The notes under the pieces: model-generated
Database searches by the model: none
What the model was told of the DNA's origin: nothing
Seen by the model: only the letters and a program-made list of their open reading frames with translations
Made by a program: the position numbers and the translations under genes
Shown here: in pieces, positions 1-8,628 of the stretch
Layout: every line of letters begins with the position of its first letter
Position numbering within the stretch: position 1 is the first letter of the stretch
Origin: Paramicrosporidium saccamoebae KSL3
Taxonomy: Eukaryota; Fungi; Cryptomycota
DNA: 17,581 bases
NCBI GenBank assembly: GCA_002794465.1
Contig: MTSL01000166.1
Coordinates: 20,480 to 38,060 of the forward strand
Direction: 5' to 3'

Positions 1-14
1 CCAACGCTTGACAT
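1..14 (-). CDS. 5' end (MSSVG...) of a family B membrane-protein paralog (B0), running off the left edge
   Basis: ATG at 14(-) in context GCACCATGTCAAGCGT, identical to the start of B1 at 2242(-); TATAAAA at the same 34-nt distance upstream. Confidence 0.6.
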
Positions 15-237
15 GGTGCGTTGCTCAAAGACGCACCGTAACATCCATTTTATATCATCATAACAGCTACACCAAATTTGTGAATGGCAATGGATCAGCT
101 CGCTCTGATAAAAGCATCCATAGGTTGAAACTAGCGTCCATGTAACGTCAACTACCAGCCAGTGCCATCCGCTTCTGCAGCATGGCATCTTTTATGAATG
201 GACCTCAGTAAAGAACAACAGCCAATGGGGCCGGCCG
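4..237. repeat. Direct repeat copy 1 (start codon plus upstream region of family B genes); copy 2 at 2232-2481
   Basis: Manual alignment: 6 substitutions in the first ~61 nt, a 17-nt length difference, then 68-237 matches copy 2 with 2 substitutions and a 1-nt indel. Confidence 0.97.
48..54 (-). promoter_or_regulatory. TATA box (TATAAAA) of B0
   Basis: 34-40 nt upstream of the ATG at 14; same spacing in B1 (2276-2282) and in B-X (CATAAAA, 11162-11168). Confidence 0.6.
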
Positions 238-350
238 GCCGTCCTTGTACAATGATGGGCCATAGAGCTGATAGACGCAGGCAACTCAGCCAATCAAGAA
301 TGTTCCTCCTTGTTTCCATAGGGGGCCAATCACACTTGACAAATATATAG
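222..350 (+). promoter_or_regulatory. CCAAT cluster (222-226, 290-294, 326-330) plus TATA-like TATATAG (344-350) upstream of A1
   Basis: GGCCAATCACAC and a TATA-like element sit at near-identical spacing upstream of paralog A2 (11528-11551); 289-356 also aligns with 9041-9108. Confidence 0.6.
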
Positions 351-381
351 TCTTGAAGCATCACCTTCCGCATGTGTTAAT

Positions 382-963
382 ATGGGAATCATTGATATAA
401 TCCACCAGAGCTCTTGTGGCATTTCCATGTCTGCTGCCATGTCTTTTATCTCCATAGTTCCCCCGAACGAAAGGCAAGGACAGTGGAACCCAGTCTGGCT
501 TATGGTGCCATATGTTGTTCTCTTGGCAGTCCTTAAATACCGGGCAGCCCATCATCGCAAGATCCAGAAATGGCGAAAACTCGACAGCGGTACTGGTATT
601 GCAGGAAAATTTTGGATGTATCTTAGAGAGATTTTCCATTGCGAAGCAAAGGTGCCCCTCATCAGCAGTCCGTTGGTCGTTGAGCTTTGGAATGCGTTTT
701 ATTGCAGTATTGTCTGGATCCTCTTCCCAAAACAAGTCGTCCTGGTTTATATGTGGATTAGGGTGTTATTTATTCTTGCCCAAGTTGTAATGACCCTAGG
801 CAGTTCTCACCCTTTTGGTGAGGCTGAGAATTTTGTTTACAATGGCAAACGCTACAGATTTGTCCGAGGGGGCCCTTATTATTCCAGAATTCAAGACGAG
901 GAGCAGAATAATCTGTATTATCCAACTATTGACAATCTCGGATTACTGCCGCCCGAGACTTGA
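382..963 (+). CDS. Family A multi-pass membrane protein A1 (193 aa), unknown function
   Basis: Intact ORF with ATG. About 3-4 hydrophobic segments. Clear paralog of 11582-12202: VPY..LLA.LKYRAAHHRKI, MYL.E.F...AK, WN...YS.VW.LFPK, VYNG.RY, DEE...L.YPT.D..GL. Confidence 0.85.
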   Translation: MGIIDIIHQSSCGISMSAAMSFISIVPPNERQGQWNPVWLMVPYVVLLAVLKYRAAHHRKIQKWRKLDSGTGIAGKFWMYLREIFHCEAKVPLISSPLVVELWNAFYCSIVWILFPKQVVLVYMWIRVLFILAQVVMTLGSSHPFGEAENFVYNGKRYRFVRGGPYYSRIQDEEQNNLYYPTIDNLGLLPPET

Positions 964-1491
964 GAGCGGGTTGGAACTTATGAATGGAACTTTGAGGATT
1001 ATAGAAGTGCCCTTGTTATATATCAATAGAATGTCTATCTTACTAAAAAGTGTGATTCGTTTATAGACAGCCATCTCTATTACGACAAGGCTGACTTCTA
1101 GGGTCGCTATCTGGTGTCACAAGCAGAACTGATTGCAGCGTAGGCTGTGTTTCCTGATTGGAAAGTAGTGTATACACTTATTGAACACCAGGCGCTCTTT
1201 TGTAAATTTCTCAACGGACAAATAGTCTACCGTATTAAAACACCGTTCAACAATCGCTCGATTGTGTAAACCGTAGTAAAATTTCATTTGACTAGCCATG
1301 GTATTGCAATCAGTCGAACTTTATTGACAAGAGCTTAATGCGACATTGACTCAATTCGCCGTTGCATTGCATTTGATAGTTGGCGTCCTGGATCGCCAAT
1401 TGTGACTCGCACATGGTGTACGTCATATGCTAATCCGGTGGTGTTTTATTGGTGCATGTATAAAGATGTAAAATTTAAAAGGAATGGGGCA

Positions 1492-2242
1492 CTAGTGGAC
1501 CTTGGGATGACTGCCAATATCAGCCTTGTATACTGTGACCACATGGGACAGAGCCGCTTCTGTCACCAGGATGAGCATTTCTGGATCATTGCGTGGTATA
1601 GTCCAGGGTGTTCCGCACCAGCACCCGATTCCGAGACCAAACCATATGAACACGAGAACCGCCTTCGGGCTTTGCTTCAATCGAGCGTGGACAAATATTG
1701 CAAAGAACAAAATCCCTACCAGATACCAACCGGTTTCTCCGCTAATCTTTGGATCCCCGATTACTGAAACAAATGCTATAAGGGTATACGACAGACAGAT
1801 AACTAAAATCGCCGTGCCATGGCGCGAAAAGTCTCTCGTCGGATCCAGCTTGGGGCTGACCCTCTCGGAGCATGCTAAAACTCTCTTGACCATCGCGTGG
1901 TTCCTGTGGGTCTCGGTGATGCGTGTCATGACGAATAAGGCAACGATTGATGCTAACGCGGCCACCGCTGCCCACATCTTGCTGTCATTTTGGAGAAAGG
2001 GTGCACAAACAGCAAAAACGACCCAAATGCCGAGCATGTGAACGTGCAATTTAAGACCTAGCAGGTGCACCACGCAGGTCACGAGCGCGACAGCAGAGGT
2101 CGTGGTGGCCTTCCATCCCAGAGTGTTCATAAAGTCGACCGATTGTAATTCCTCGACTATCGAACGGTCAAGTAACGGCAGACGACATACTGATCACGCG
2201 CACTAAATGGAACACAACTGCCGAAATGTCGACGCTTGACAT
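1492..2242 (-). CDS. Family B multi-pass membrane protein B1 (238 aa; join 2242-2191, 2156-1492), unknown function
   Basis: The 212-aa ORF extends 5' through a 34-nt intron to exon 1 MSSVDISAVVFHLVRVI. About 6-7 hydrophobic segments. Exon 1 is homologous to B-X exon 1 (MSGVGIVCVALHLLRIA), both 52 nt. Confidence 0.85.
2157..2190 (-). other. 34-nt spliceosomal intron of B1 (phase 1)
   Basis: GTATGT...TTGAC...ATAG; splicing restores the frame; same position and phase as the introns at 11042-11076 and 10501-10535. Confidence 0.85.
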
Positions 2243-2481
2243 GGTGCGTTGCTTGAGGACGCGCCGTAACATCCCTTTTATATCACCATAACGGTTGCCT
2301 AATGCGGACAATTACACCAAATTTGTGAATGGCAATGGATCAGCTCGCTCTGATAAAAGCATCCATAGGTTGAACTAGCGTCCATGTAACGTCAACTACC
2401 AGCCAGCGCCATCCGCTTCTGCAGCATGGCATCTTTTATGAATGGACCTCAGCAAAGAACAACAGCCAATGGGGCCGGCCG
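2232..2481. repeat. Direct repeat copy 2 (start and upstream region of B1)
   Basis: See copy 1 (4-237). Similarity ends abruptly at GGGGCCGGCCG (2481 and 237). Confidence 0.97.
2276..2282 (-). promoter_or_regulatory. TATA box (TATAAAA) of B1
   Basis: 34-40 nt upstream of the ATG at 2242; position conserved in three B copies. Confidence 0.6.
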
Positions 2482-2600
2482 CCCTTTTAAAATGCGCAGC
2501 CAGTATTTAGTAGATAGTCCACCTCATTTATTGAATTCCATTTCTTGATACGGCTTCGGACCACTACAACAAATGGCATGCTTCTCGACCGGGGATTATT

Positions 2601-5600
2601 ATGATTAGCCTTTGGATCATTATATTTGTGCTGAACACCTGCCCTTTGGCCAATTGTAGCTGGTGGTTTGATCAGCAGCAGCCCTTTGGCGCCGAGCCAC
2701 CCGTCGACAATGAGGTTGAGGAGATGGCCAGCAGATATTTTCTCAACATGGAGCTATTTGAGGGTTATGAGCCACTATCTCATCTTTTAGAGTCTGATCC
2801 TTTGCAACCACGGCATACTAAGCCAGCCTTATCCGACTCTCCAGTAGCTTGTTTTCTGCAGTCAAACTTTCAAAAATCCAGTGACTCTGATTATCTAGAG
2901 TTTCAAGCTAAAGCGCCACAAATACATCCCGAGCCTCATCATGTACCATCGGTGAGCGAGATGCCAGACGTGTCGAGCTACAACGAACCGGATACATATT
3001 CGTTCGAGGCAACCACAACGCCGCTGTTTGACGGCTCGTCAAGTCTATCGCCCAGCCCCTTTGAGAAGATGCCGGAACGGGAAATATGGTTCACTGCAGC
3101 AGAGGGTCGCAAGCTGTCCCATGCGCTCATAGCCGACACTGCAGCGCCTCTGTCATTTTCACAATGCTGTGCAGATGGAATGTTGAATCCAAAGATATTT
3201 GCCACACACATGATGGCCCAAAATGCTCACATGGGCTGTCGAATAACTCAGAATAGGATTATATTCTTGGATGGATATAGGACGGGTCAGGCCCTTACCA
3301 ATCCGCGGCATAGAGATTGGGCAAAGCACGAAATTTGCAAAGAGGCGTTGGAAGATGCTAGAATTCGTGATTTTTATCCATTGCAGAGACATGGTCTTTT
3401 TGTTGCGCTTCATGTTATTCGTGATACTACATATCAGGCGATAATAGCATCCCACGGGCTTGCCCCACTTGGCGCAATTATCCTCCGTCCTGAAGGAGAT
3501 CACTTGGCTGTTATCGCCCGCTCAATAGATGACACATCCATAGCTACAACTGTCGAGGATAATGATGTAATTGTGGTGGGTCCACTGCAGCAAATAGCAC
3601 AACTAGAATTGAAAAAACTCGTACTACCCACCAGCTATTCGCCAGAGGCCATTGCCAAAGCTGTCTATGATCCTGCAGCAGAGGCGTCGCTTTGTGTCGT
3701 AGCCACTGTTTTGGTCAATCAGACCCTACGATCTGACAAGACCACATCTGCCGTCTATTTACCGCAAGCTGCATTACCTGGACAGACGATTGGATCTCTT
3801 CAAAAAGCACCTCCCAGTCCTTCCCCACAACCTTCCCTCCAGAGAAACAGTGAATCAGCGTTACGCCCATCAGCAGCAAGCTTGACTATAGCGAAACCAC
3901 GGCCTGTACAAGTAAAAACTACTAAACCCGGCCCTCAGCAGCTCGCAAACTCGTTTGACAAGCCAAATAATGCCAAGAGTCTTCTTTCTGCTGCTCATAT
4001 TCCCTTCTCTCCTCCAGTCATTAATCAGAGGAGCGGTGCGCTGCTTATTCGTTCAAATAAACCAAGCGCAACAAGACCACCTGTCGCCAGTCCATCCAAA
4101 TTCTCTGCGGGGCGAGCAGTTTGGTTTTCCTCTCACTTTAGTCCTCAGCTCGTGTCTCAATCAAATGTCACTAGTGGATCATTAATCCCTATCTTTTCTA
4201 AAATGTGTGCTTACGGCGTATCAAATCCGCTTCGGCATGGCACCCAGATTGTGGGTGAAACAAGCAAAGTAGGCTACCGAATGGAAAGCAATCGGATCGT
4301 ATTCCTGGATGGCTTCAAGTTGGGTAGAAACGATGCCGCTCGCCACCACAGCGATAGAGTATTACGTGATATTTATGGAACCGCTGGACAGTCTCTTGAT
4401 GTGTATCCATTGAAAGTAGATGGTCTTGTCGTTGTTCTCCGTCCTGATAGTCAACTGAAAATTGCATCTTATGGAAAGCCCCCTCTGGGAGCAGTGCTTC
4501 TTCGTCCTTATGGAGACCATTTTATCTCCGTCATTCGTTCATCTGATGATACTGTTGCAACCGCAAGTGTCCGAGACAGAGATGTTGTTGTGATTGGACC
4601 GCTCGAAGCGTTATCAAAGCTGGAATCAAAAGACCTAAAAATCAGTCCGCATTGCACCATGAACGAGGCTGTATATCTCGTTTACAACTCTGTGGCAGAA
4701 GTGTCACTTTGTGTCGTGGCTCTCATCCATAGCGGGCTGTGCCAGCAATGGCCGAATAGCAGCCCTGATCCTGACTATTTATACGGTCGAGGTAGCAATT
4801 TCGGTCCGATCCCTCCAGGAGTCTGTAGCTCACATCCTGTCCCCCACTCCAATGGTTTGAAGGACAGTGGATTCCGTGCAGACCCACCAGAAGCTGGCCG
4901 AGTATTGCCAAAGTCGTCGTCCACCAGTCTGGATTTAGCAAAGGCCCGAGCCGACTCGCTACCACCGTACTCGATTGACGAATTAACAGAGCGGGCCGAG
5001 TGGTTTATCTTGTCAAGAACACCCCGTAAGTTCTCTTTCATTGACAATGGTGATGATGAGTCACTCGTTTTCTTTTCCCAGCGCTGTTTTTACGGTTCGC
5101 CAATCCCGAGCTTCTCAGGCTCCGTCATGAAAGCCGAATGTACCTACTTGGGCTACCGAATATCCCGAGACAGAATTCTATTTCTGGATGGTTATCAAGA
5201 GACCACAGCTTGGTCAGCAAGGAATGATCTAGACGAACAGACGCTGGAGACAGATACATTCAAGACATTGTATCCACTGAAAGTCGATGGTCTTGCTGTT
5301 GTTCTTTGTGATAATCACCGGATAATGTTTAAATCTTATGGAAGGACTCCACTCGGAGCGATGCTGCTCCGCCTTGATGGAAGCCGCTTTGTCCCTGTTG
5401 TTCGTTCACTAGATAATTCTCTTGTAACCGCACAGGTCAAAAATGGTGATATAGTTGTTGTCGGGGAACATCGGGGGTTATCAAAGTTGCTATCAGGAAG
5501 CAATGTATTTGTCGCAAATAGCCTGCCGGATGATATGGCCGAACAGTTTTACACATCGTACTCTCATGCGTCACTCTGTGTTGTTGCCAGCATCGCCTTC

Positions 5601-7802
5601 AAGCAAAGTCTAGACTCGAACACATCGCCTGGCAAGGCGGTGGAACGAGAGCGATGGTTTCCTGTAGAAGGCGATCGCGCTGCATCCCATGCCATCATCA
5701 GCAAGGAGCCGGCACCGTTTTCTTTTTCCCAATGTTGCGCCTATGGTATATCATGGCCGATTATAACAGGTCCATCCATGTCTGCTCACAACACACGCGT
5801 GGGCTACCGAATAAGCCAAGATAAGATAGTGTTCTTGGATGGCTATAACTGTCCTGAAAGGACTACTAATCATCCACGACATAAAGATTGGGCAAAGCAC
5901 GAACTTTATGAGGAAACCTTGAAGGCAGACACAGTTCGTGATCTTTATCCACTGAAAACTCACGGCATCATTGTTGCTCTTCACGTTGCTCATCACAATA
6001 ACTATCAAGTGATGATGGCGTCTTACGGGCTTCCTCCACTTGGAACGATCATTCTTCGCCCCGACAAAGGCTTCTTAGCCATGATTGCTCGCTCGTCCGA
6101 CGACACGGTCAGTGCCATAGATGTTAAAAACGGCGATGTGATTGTGGTGGGCCCACTGGAAGGAATATCAAAATTAGAGTCGGGGAAGCTTGTACTACCT
6201 TCCAGCTATTCACCGGAAAAAATTGCCAAGACAGTCTATAGCTCTACCTTGGATGTTTCACTCTGTGTCGTCGCCGTCATTTCCGTCAACCAAGGCCGGC
6301 AATTGAGAAGAACTAGATCCAGTGAAGCAACCGCGCAAGCGACCGAATCACTGCCAGCGGGGAGCCTATCATCTACTCTTCCACAATCAAGAAGAACTAG
6401 ATCCAGTGAAGCAACCGAACAAACGGCGAGACCATGGATGTACTCCCCCTTGACATCGGGGAGGCCATCATCTACTCTTCCACAATTGGGAAGAACCAGA
6501 TCTGGTAAGTTAATCGAACAAGGGACGAGACCATGGACGTACTTGCCTTTGACAACGGGAAAGCCATCATCTACCATTTCACAATTGGAACGATCTATAC
6601 CTAACCTCCAAAGACACTTGGATCCGTCCGATGAATACAGTGGTAATACCATTTTGCTTTCAGAAGATGAAGAATCTGCTGATGAAGGATCTACTCTTTC
6701 CCACGGCCACAGCCAAGGGGCTAACGAGTCATATCTGCGTACACACGAGCCGTGTATGAAAGCAACACGGCCATCAGAATTAACCAGTCCCAGCCTCCAA
6801 AAAATTCCAGACTTGTGGGATGAAGTAAGCGAGGTTGAACTTTCCTTCTCTGAAGACTGTTCCCCGCACATTGAGGGGCCAGCAAAGAGAGTAGATTGGT
6901 TCTCCGAAAGTCGCAAGCTGTATCATTCCTTTCAAGTCACCCAGAAGAATCCACAGTCATCCGTCTTTTTTTCTCAACGTTGCTATTATGGACCGATAAA
7001 GACTACCGTTCATTCTTCCCACACAATGGGCAGGAATGCTGTTATGGGCTACCGGGTAACTGAGAGCCGAATTCTGCTTTTGGATGGCTATAATCTAGAG
7101 GAACAGGCAGGCGACAGCGATTGGGCAAAGCAAAGTCTTGACAAGGCCGCCTTGGAGGTTGACGTATTCAAAAAGTCGTATCCACTAAAGACGCACGGTC
7201 TCGTTGTTGCTCTTCATAGCACTTGTCGTTCCGATCATCAAGTGGTAATAGGCTCTTACGGGGACCTTTCACTCGGTGCGATGCTTCTTCGCTCATATGA
7301 TGGGATCTATCTTGTCCCTGTTATTCGCTCGTCTGATGATGTTGTTGTAGCTGCAAGCGTTCAAGATGGCGATGTCATTGTGGTGGGGCCGCTCTCGGAA
7401 CTATCATTGTTGGAATCGGGACATTTTAAGTTGGACACATCATGTCCTCTGGATGTAATTACTCAAAGAGTTTATGGAGATGAGACCAAATGGGAAATGT
7501 CAGTTGCAGCCATCATTTCCGTTTCGGATCGCGCACCATCACCGCCACCGTTGGAACAGACCAAATCCAAACTTGATCTGCTTGCAGACTTGCAAAGCGA
7601 GTTGCTGGGAGATGCGCATTTGTTTTTCGACATGGAGGATCTTCAGTTTCCTCCCCTTGTTGACAAACAAGACGAAGCGCTAGTATATCCACCCATACCA
7701 ATAAGCACAACACCGCATCCTGTTGCCGAATCTGCCATCCGCTCACTACCAAATCCATCTGATGATGAATCAACGGATGACGAATCAACAGATGTGAGTT
7801 AA
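2601..7802 (+). CDS. Putative secreted 1733-aa protein with five tandem degenerate PP2C/PTC7-like (probable pseudophosphatase) domains
   Basis: Uninterrupted ORF. N-terminal hydrophobic signal (MISLWIIIFVLNTCPLANC|SWW). Five homologous repeats at ~3087-3720, 4122-4735, 5001-5605, 5655-6293 and 6897-7525, sharing GYR....I.FLDGY, YPLK..GL.V.L, SYG..PLG...LR, RS.DD, V..GDVIVVGPL, SLCVVA. The CDS is certain; the fold call is a by-eye motif-order match. Confidence 0.8.
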   Translation: MISLWIIIFVLNTCPLANCSWWFDQQQPFGAEPPVDNEVEEMASRYFLNMELFEGYEPLSHLLESDPLQPRHTKPALSDSPVACFLQSNFQKSSDSDYLEFQAKAPQIHPEPHHVPSVSEMPDVSSYNEPDTYSFEATTTPLFDGSSSLSPSPFEKMPEREIWFTAAEGRKLSHALIADTAAPLSFSQCCADGMLNPKIFATHMMAQNAHMGCRITQNRIIFLDGYRTGQALTNPRHRDWAKHEICKEALEDARIRDFYPLQRHGLFVALHVIRDTTYQAIIASHGLAPLGAIILRPEGDHLAVIARSIDDTSIATTVEDNDVIVVGPLQQIAQLELKKLVLPTSYSPEAIAKAVYDPAAEASLCVVATVLVNQTLRSDKTTSAVYLPQAALPGQTIGSLQKAPPSPSPQPSLQRNSESALRPSAASLTIAKPRPVQVKTTKPGPQQLANSFDKPNNAKSLLSAAHIPFSPPVINQRSGALLIRSNKPSATRPPVASPSKFSAGRAVWFSSHFSPQLVSQSNVTSGSLIPIFSKMCAYGVSNPLRHGTQIVGETSKVGYRMESNRIVFLDGFKLGRNDAARHHSDRVLRDIYGTAGQSLDVYPLKVDGLVVVLRPDSQLKIASYGKPPLGAVLLRPYGDHFISVIRSSDDTVATASVRDRDVVVIGPLEALSKLESKDLKISPHCTMNEAVYLVYNSVAEVSLCVVALIHSGLCQQWPNSSPDPDYLYGRGSNFGPIPPGVCSSHPVPHSNGLKDSGFRADPPEAGRVLPKSSSTSLDLAKARADSLPPYSIDELTERAEWFILSRTPRKFSFIDNGDDESLVFFSQRCFYGSPIPSFSGSVMKAECTYLGYRISRDRILFLDGYQETTAWSARNDLDEQTLETDTFKTLYPLKVDGLAVVLCDNHRIMFKSYGRTPLGAMLLRLDGSRFVPVVRSLDNSLVTAQVKNGDIVVVGEHRGLSKLLSGSNVFVANSLPDDMAEQFYTSYSHASLCVVASIAFKQSLDSNTSPGKAVERERWFPVEGDRAASHAIISKEPAPFSFSQCCAYGISWPIITGPSMSAHNTRVGYRISQDKIVFLDGYNCPERTTNHPRHKDWAKHELYEETLKADTVRDLYPLKTHGIIVALHVAHHNNYQVMMASYGLPPLGTIILRPDKGFLAMIARSSDDTVSAIDVKNGDVIVVGPLEGISKLESGKLVLPSSYSPEKIAKTVYSSTLDVSLCVVAVISVNQGRQLRRTRSSEATAQATESLPAGSLSSTLPQSRRTRSSEATEQTARPWMYSPLTSGRPSSTLPQLGRTRSGKLIEQGTRPWTYLPLTTGKPSSTISQLERSIPNLQRHLDPSDEYSGNTILLSEDEESADEGSTLSHGHSQGANESYLRTHEPCMKATRPSELTSPSLQKIPDLWDEVSEVELSFSEDCSPHIEGPAKRVDWFSESRKLYHSFQVTQKNPQSSVFFSQRCYYGPIKTTVHSSHTMGRNAVMGYRVTESRILLLDGYNLEEQAGDSDWAKQSLDKAALEVDVFKKSYPLKTHGLVVALHSTCRSDHQVVIGSYGDLSLGAMLLRSYDGIYLVPVIRSSDDVVVAASVQDGDVIVVGPLSELSLLESGHFKLDTSCPLDVITQRVYGDETKWEMSVAAIISVSDRAPSPPPLEQTKSKLDLLADLQSELLGDAHLFFDMEDLQFPPLVDKQDEALVYPPIPISTTPHPVAESAIRSLPNPSDDESTDDESTDVS
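6306..6587 (+). repeat. Three tandem coding repeats (84, 99, 99 nt) in the D4-D5 linker
   Basis: Units start at 6306, 6390 and 6489: RRTRSSEAT...SSTLPQS / RRTRSSEAT..RPW.Y.PLT.G.PSSTLPQL / GRTRSG....RPW.Y.PLT.G.PSSTISQL. Confidence 0.9.
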
Positions 7803-8114
7803 CAGATGCGAGTTGGCAAACGCTGGTTATAATCTTCAAAGAGCGCATCATTTGGTTGAGAGATTACCACGGCGTCAATTTAAATGAGCGACAGAGAACT
7901 ACCAACTGATATGGACTCACGGACATAGTGTCCAAACATTAGAGAGTCAACCTTTCCATTCCTCGACTCTAGTTCTTCTTTCCATACTTGGACAAGCACC
8001 CATCACTCAGATAAGCATTCTACTATCTCATAATTTCACTATCTTTGGTTTTAGATGTAACATGTAAATCAAATAGCTTTATTCAGCTGTCAATGATATC
8101 GCGCAACGCCCCAT

Positions 8115-8585
8115 TTAACAAGGGACAAAATCCCACTTAATGGAGAGAATACCTTTATCTTTGGAATCAAGTTTGGCAAATGCCTCGTCGCTGAGATCAA
8201 TCTTGTCAGGCGTACATCCAGGACATGTGTCTGTGACCTTGACCTTTTGTTTCTTTCCATTATAATCAATCATGATGCATTTGCCACAGCTGGCAGGCAT
8301 AAGAGAGGGATGGATGGCACAGAGCATAGGATCGCTGGGGATTGAGCCACAACTTCCCGGATTGGACTTCCATTCCGTGTAGAAGCTTGCCTTGCCTCCG
8401 TTGGCACCAGGAGCACCTCCACTGCCCCCAGATGAGGAGGGAGATGATGAGGCGGATGAGGACGCAGGAGACGAAGCAGCTGGAGAAGCGGCAGCCCTCT
8501 CGATGGCCTTCTCAGGGATGGCATGCGAGAGGCCAAGGATCGCAACGGCGAAGAGCGAAATGATATAGGAGATTCGAGTGTTCAT
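8115..8585 (-). CDS. Secreted loosenin/expansin-like protein with a single RlpA-like double-psi beta-barrel (156 aa)
   Basis: Signal peptide (MNTRISYIISLFAVAILGLSHA), Ser/Ala/Gly linker, then GKASFY, GSCG, CGKCI, VKVTDTCPGC, IDLSDEAF, GILSIKWDFVPC, typical of fungal DPBB/EXPN proteins. First ATG at 8585. Confidence 0.88.
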   Translation of the reverse strand: MNTRISYIISLFAVAILGLSHAIPEKAIERAAASPAASSPASSSASSSPSSSGGSGGAPGANGGKASFYTEWKSNPGSCGSIPSDPMLCAIHPSLMPASCGKCIMIDYNGKKQKVKVTDTCPGCTPDKIDLSDEAFAKLDSKDKGILSIKWDFVPC

Positions 8586-8628
8586 AATAATCAAGTCTTT
8601 GTGTGCGCATCCAAGTAAGATCCAGCTC

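Noticed and set aside
75-110. AATTTGTG (U1-like Sm site) and C/D-box-like words in the repeat
   Set aside because: No U1 5' end (ATACTTACC) and the C-box-like word is mutated in copy 2; no snRNA or snoRNA is supported.
152-373. 73-aa minus ORF, and the alternative frame with TGA stops, resembling 11500-11580
   Set aside because: The similarity is the shared CCAAT/TATA promoter of family A, not coding homology.
1117-1299. 60-aa minus ORF between A1 and B1
   Set aside because: Short, with no paralog in the window and no recognisable motif; cannot be supported.
4-2481. LTR-like element: direct repeats bracketing ~2 kb
   Set aside because: No gag/pol/transposase, no TG...CA ends, PBS or PPT; the repeats contain the start codons and TATA boxes of paralogous cellular genes.
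6236-6916. 226-aa antisense ORF and other nested ORFs within the 1733-aa gene, TEL2 and TOP1
   Set aside because: Expected shadows of long coding regions and internal repeats; no independent features.
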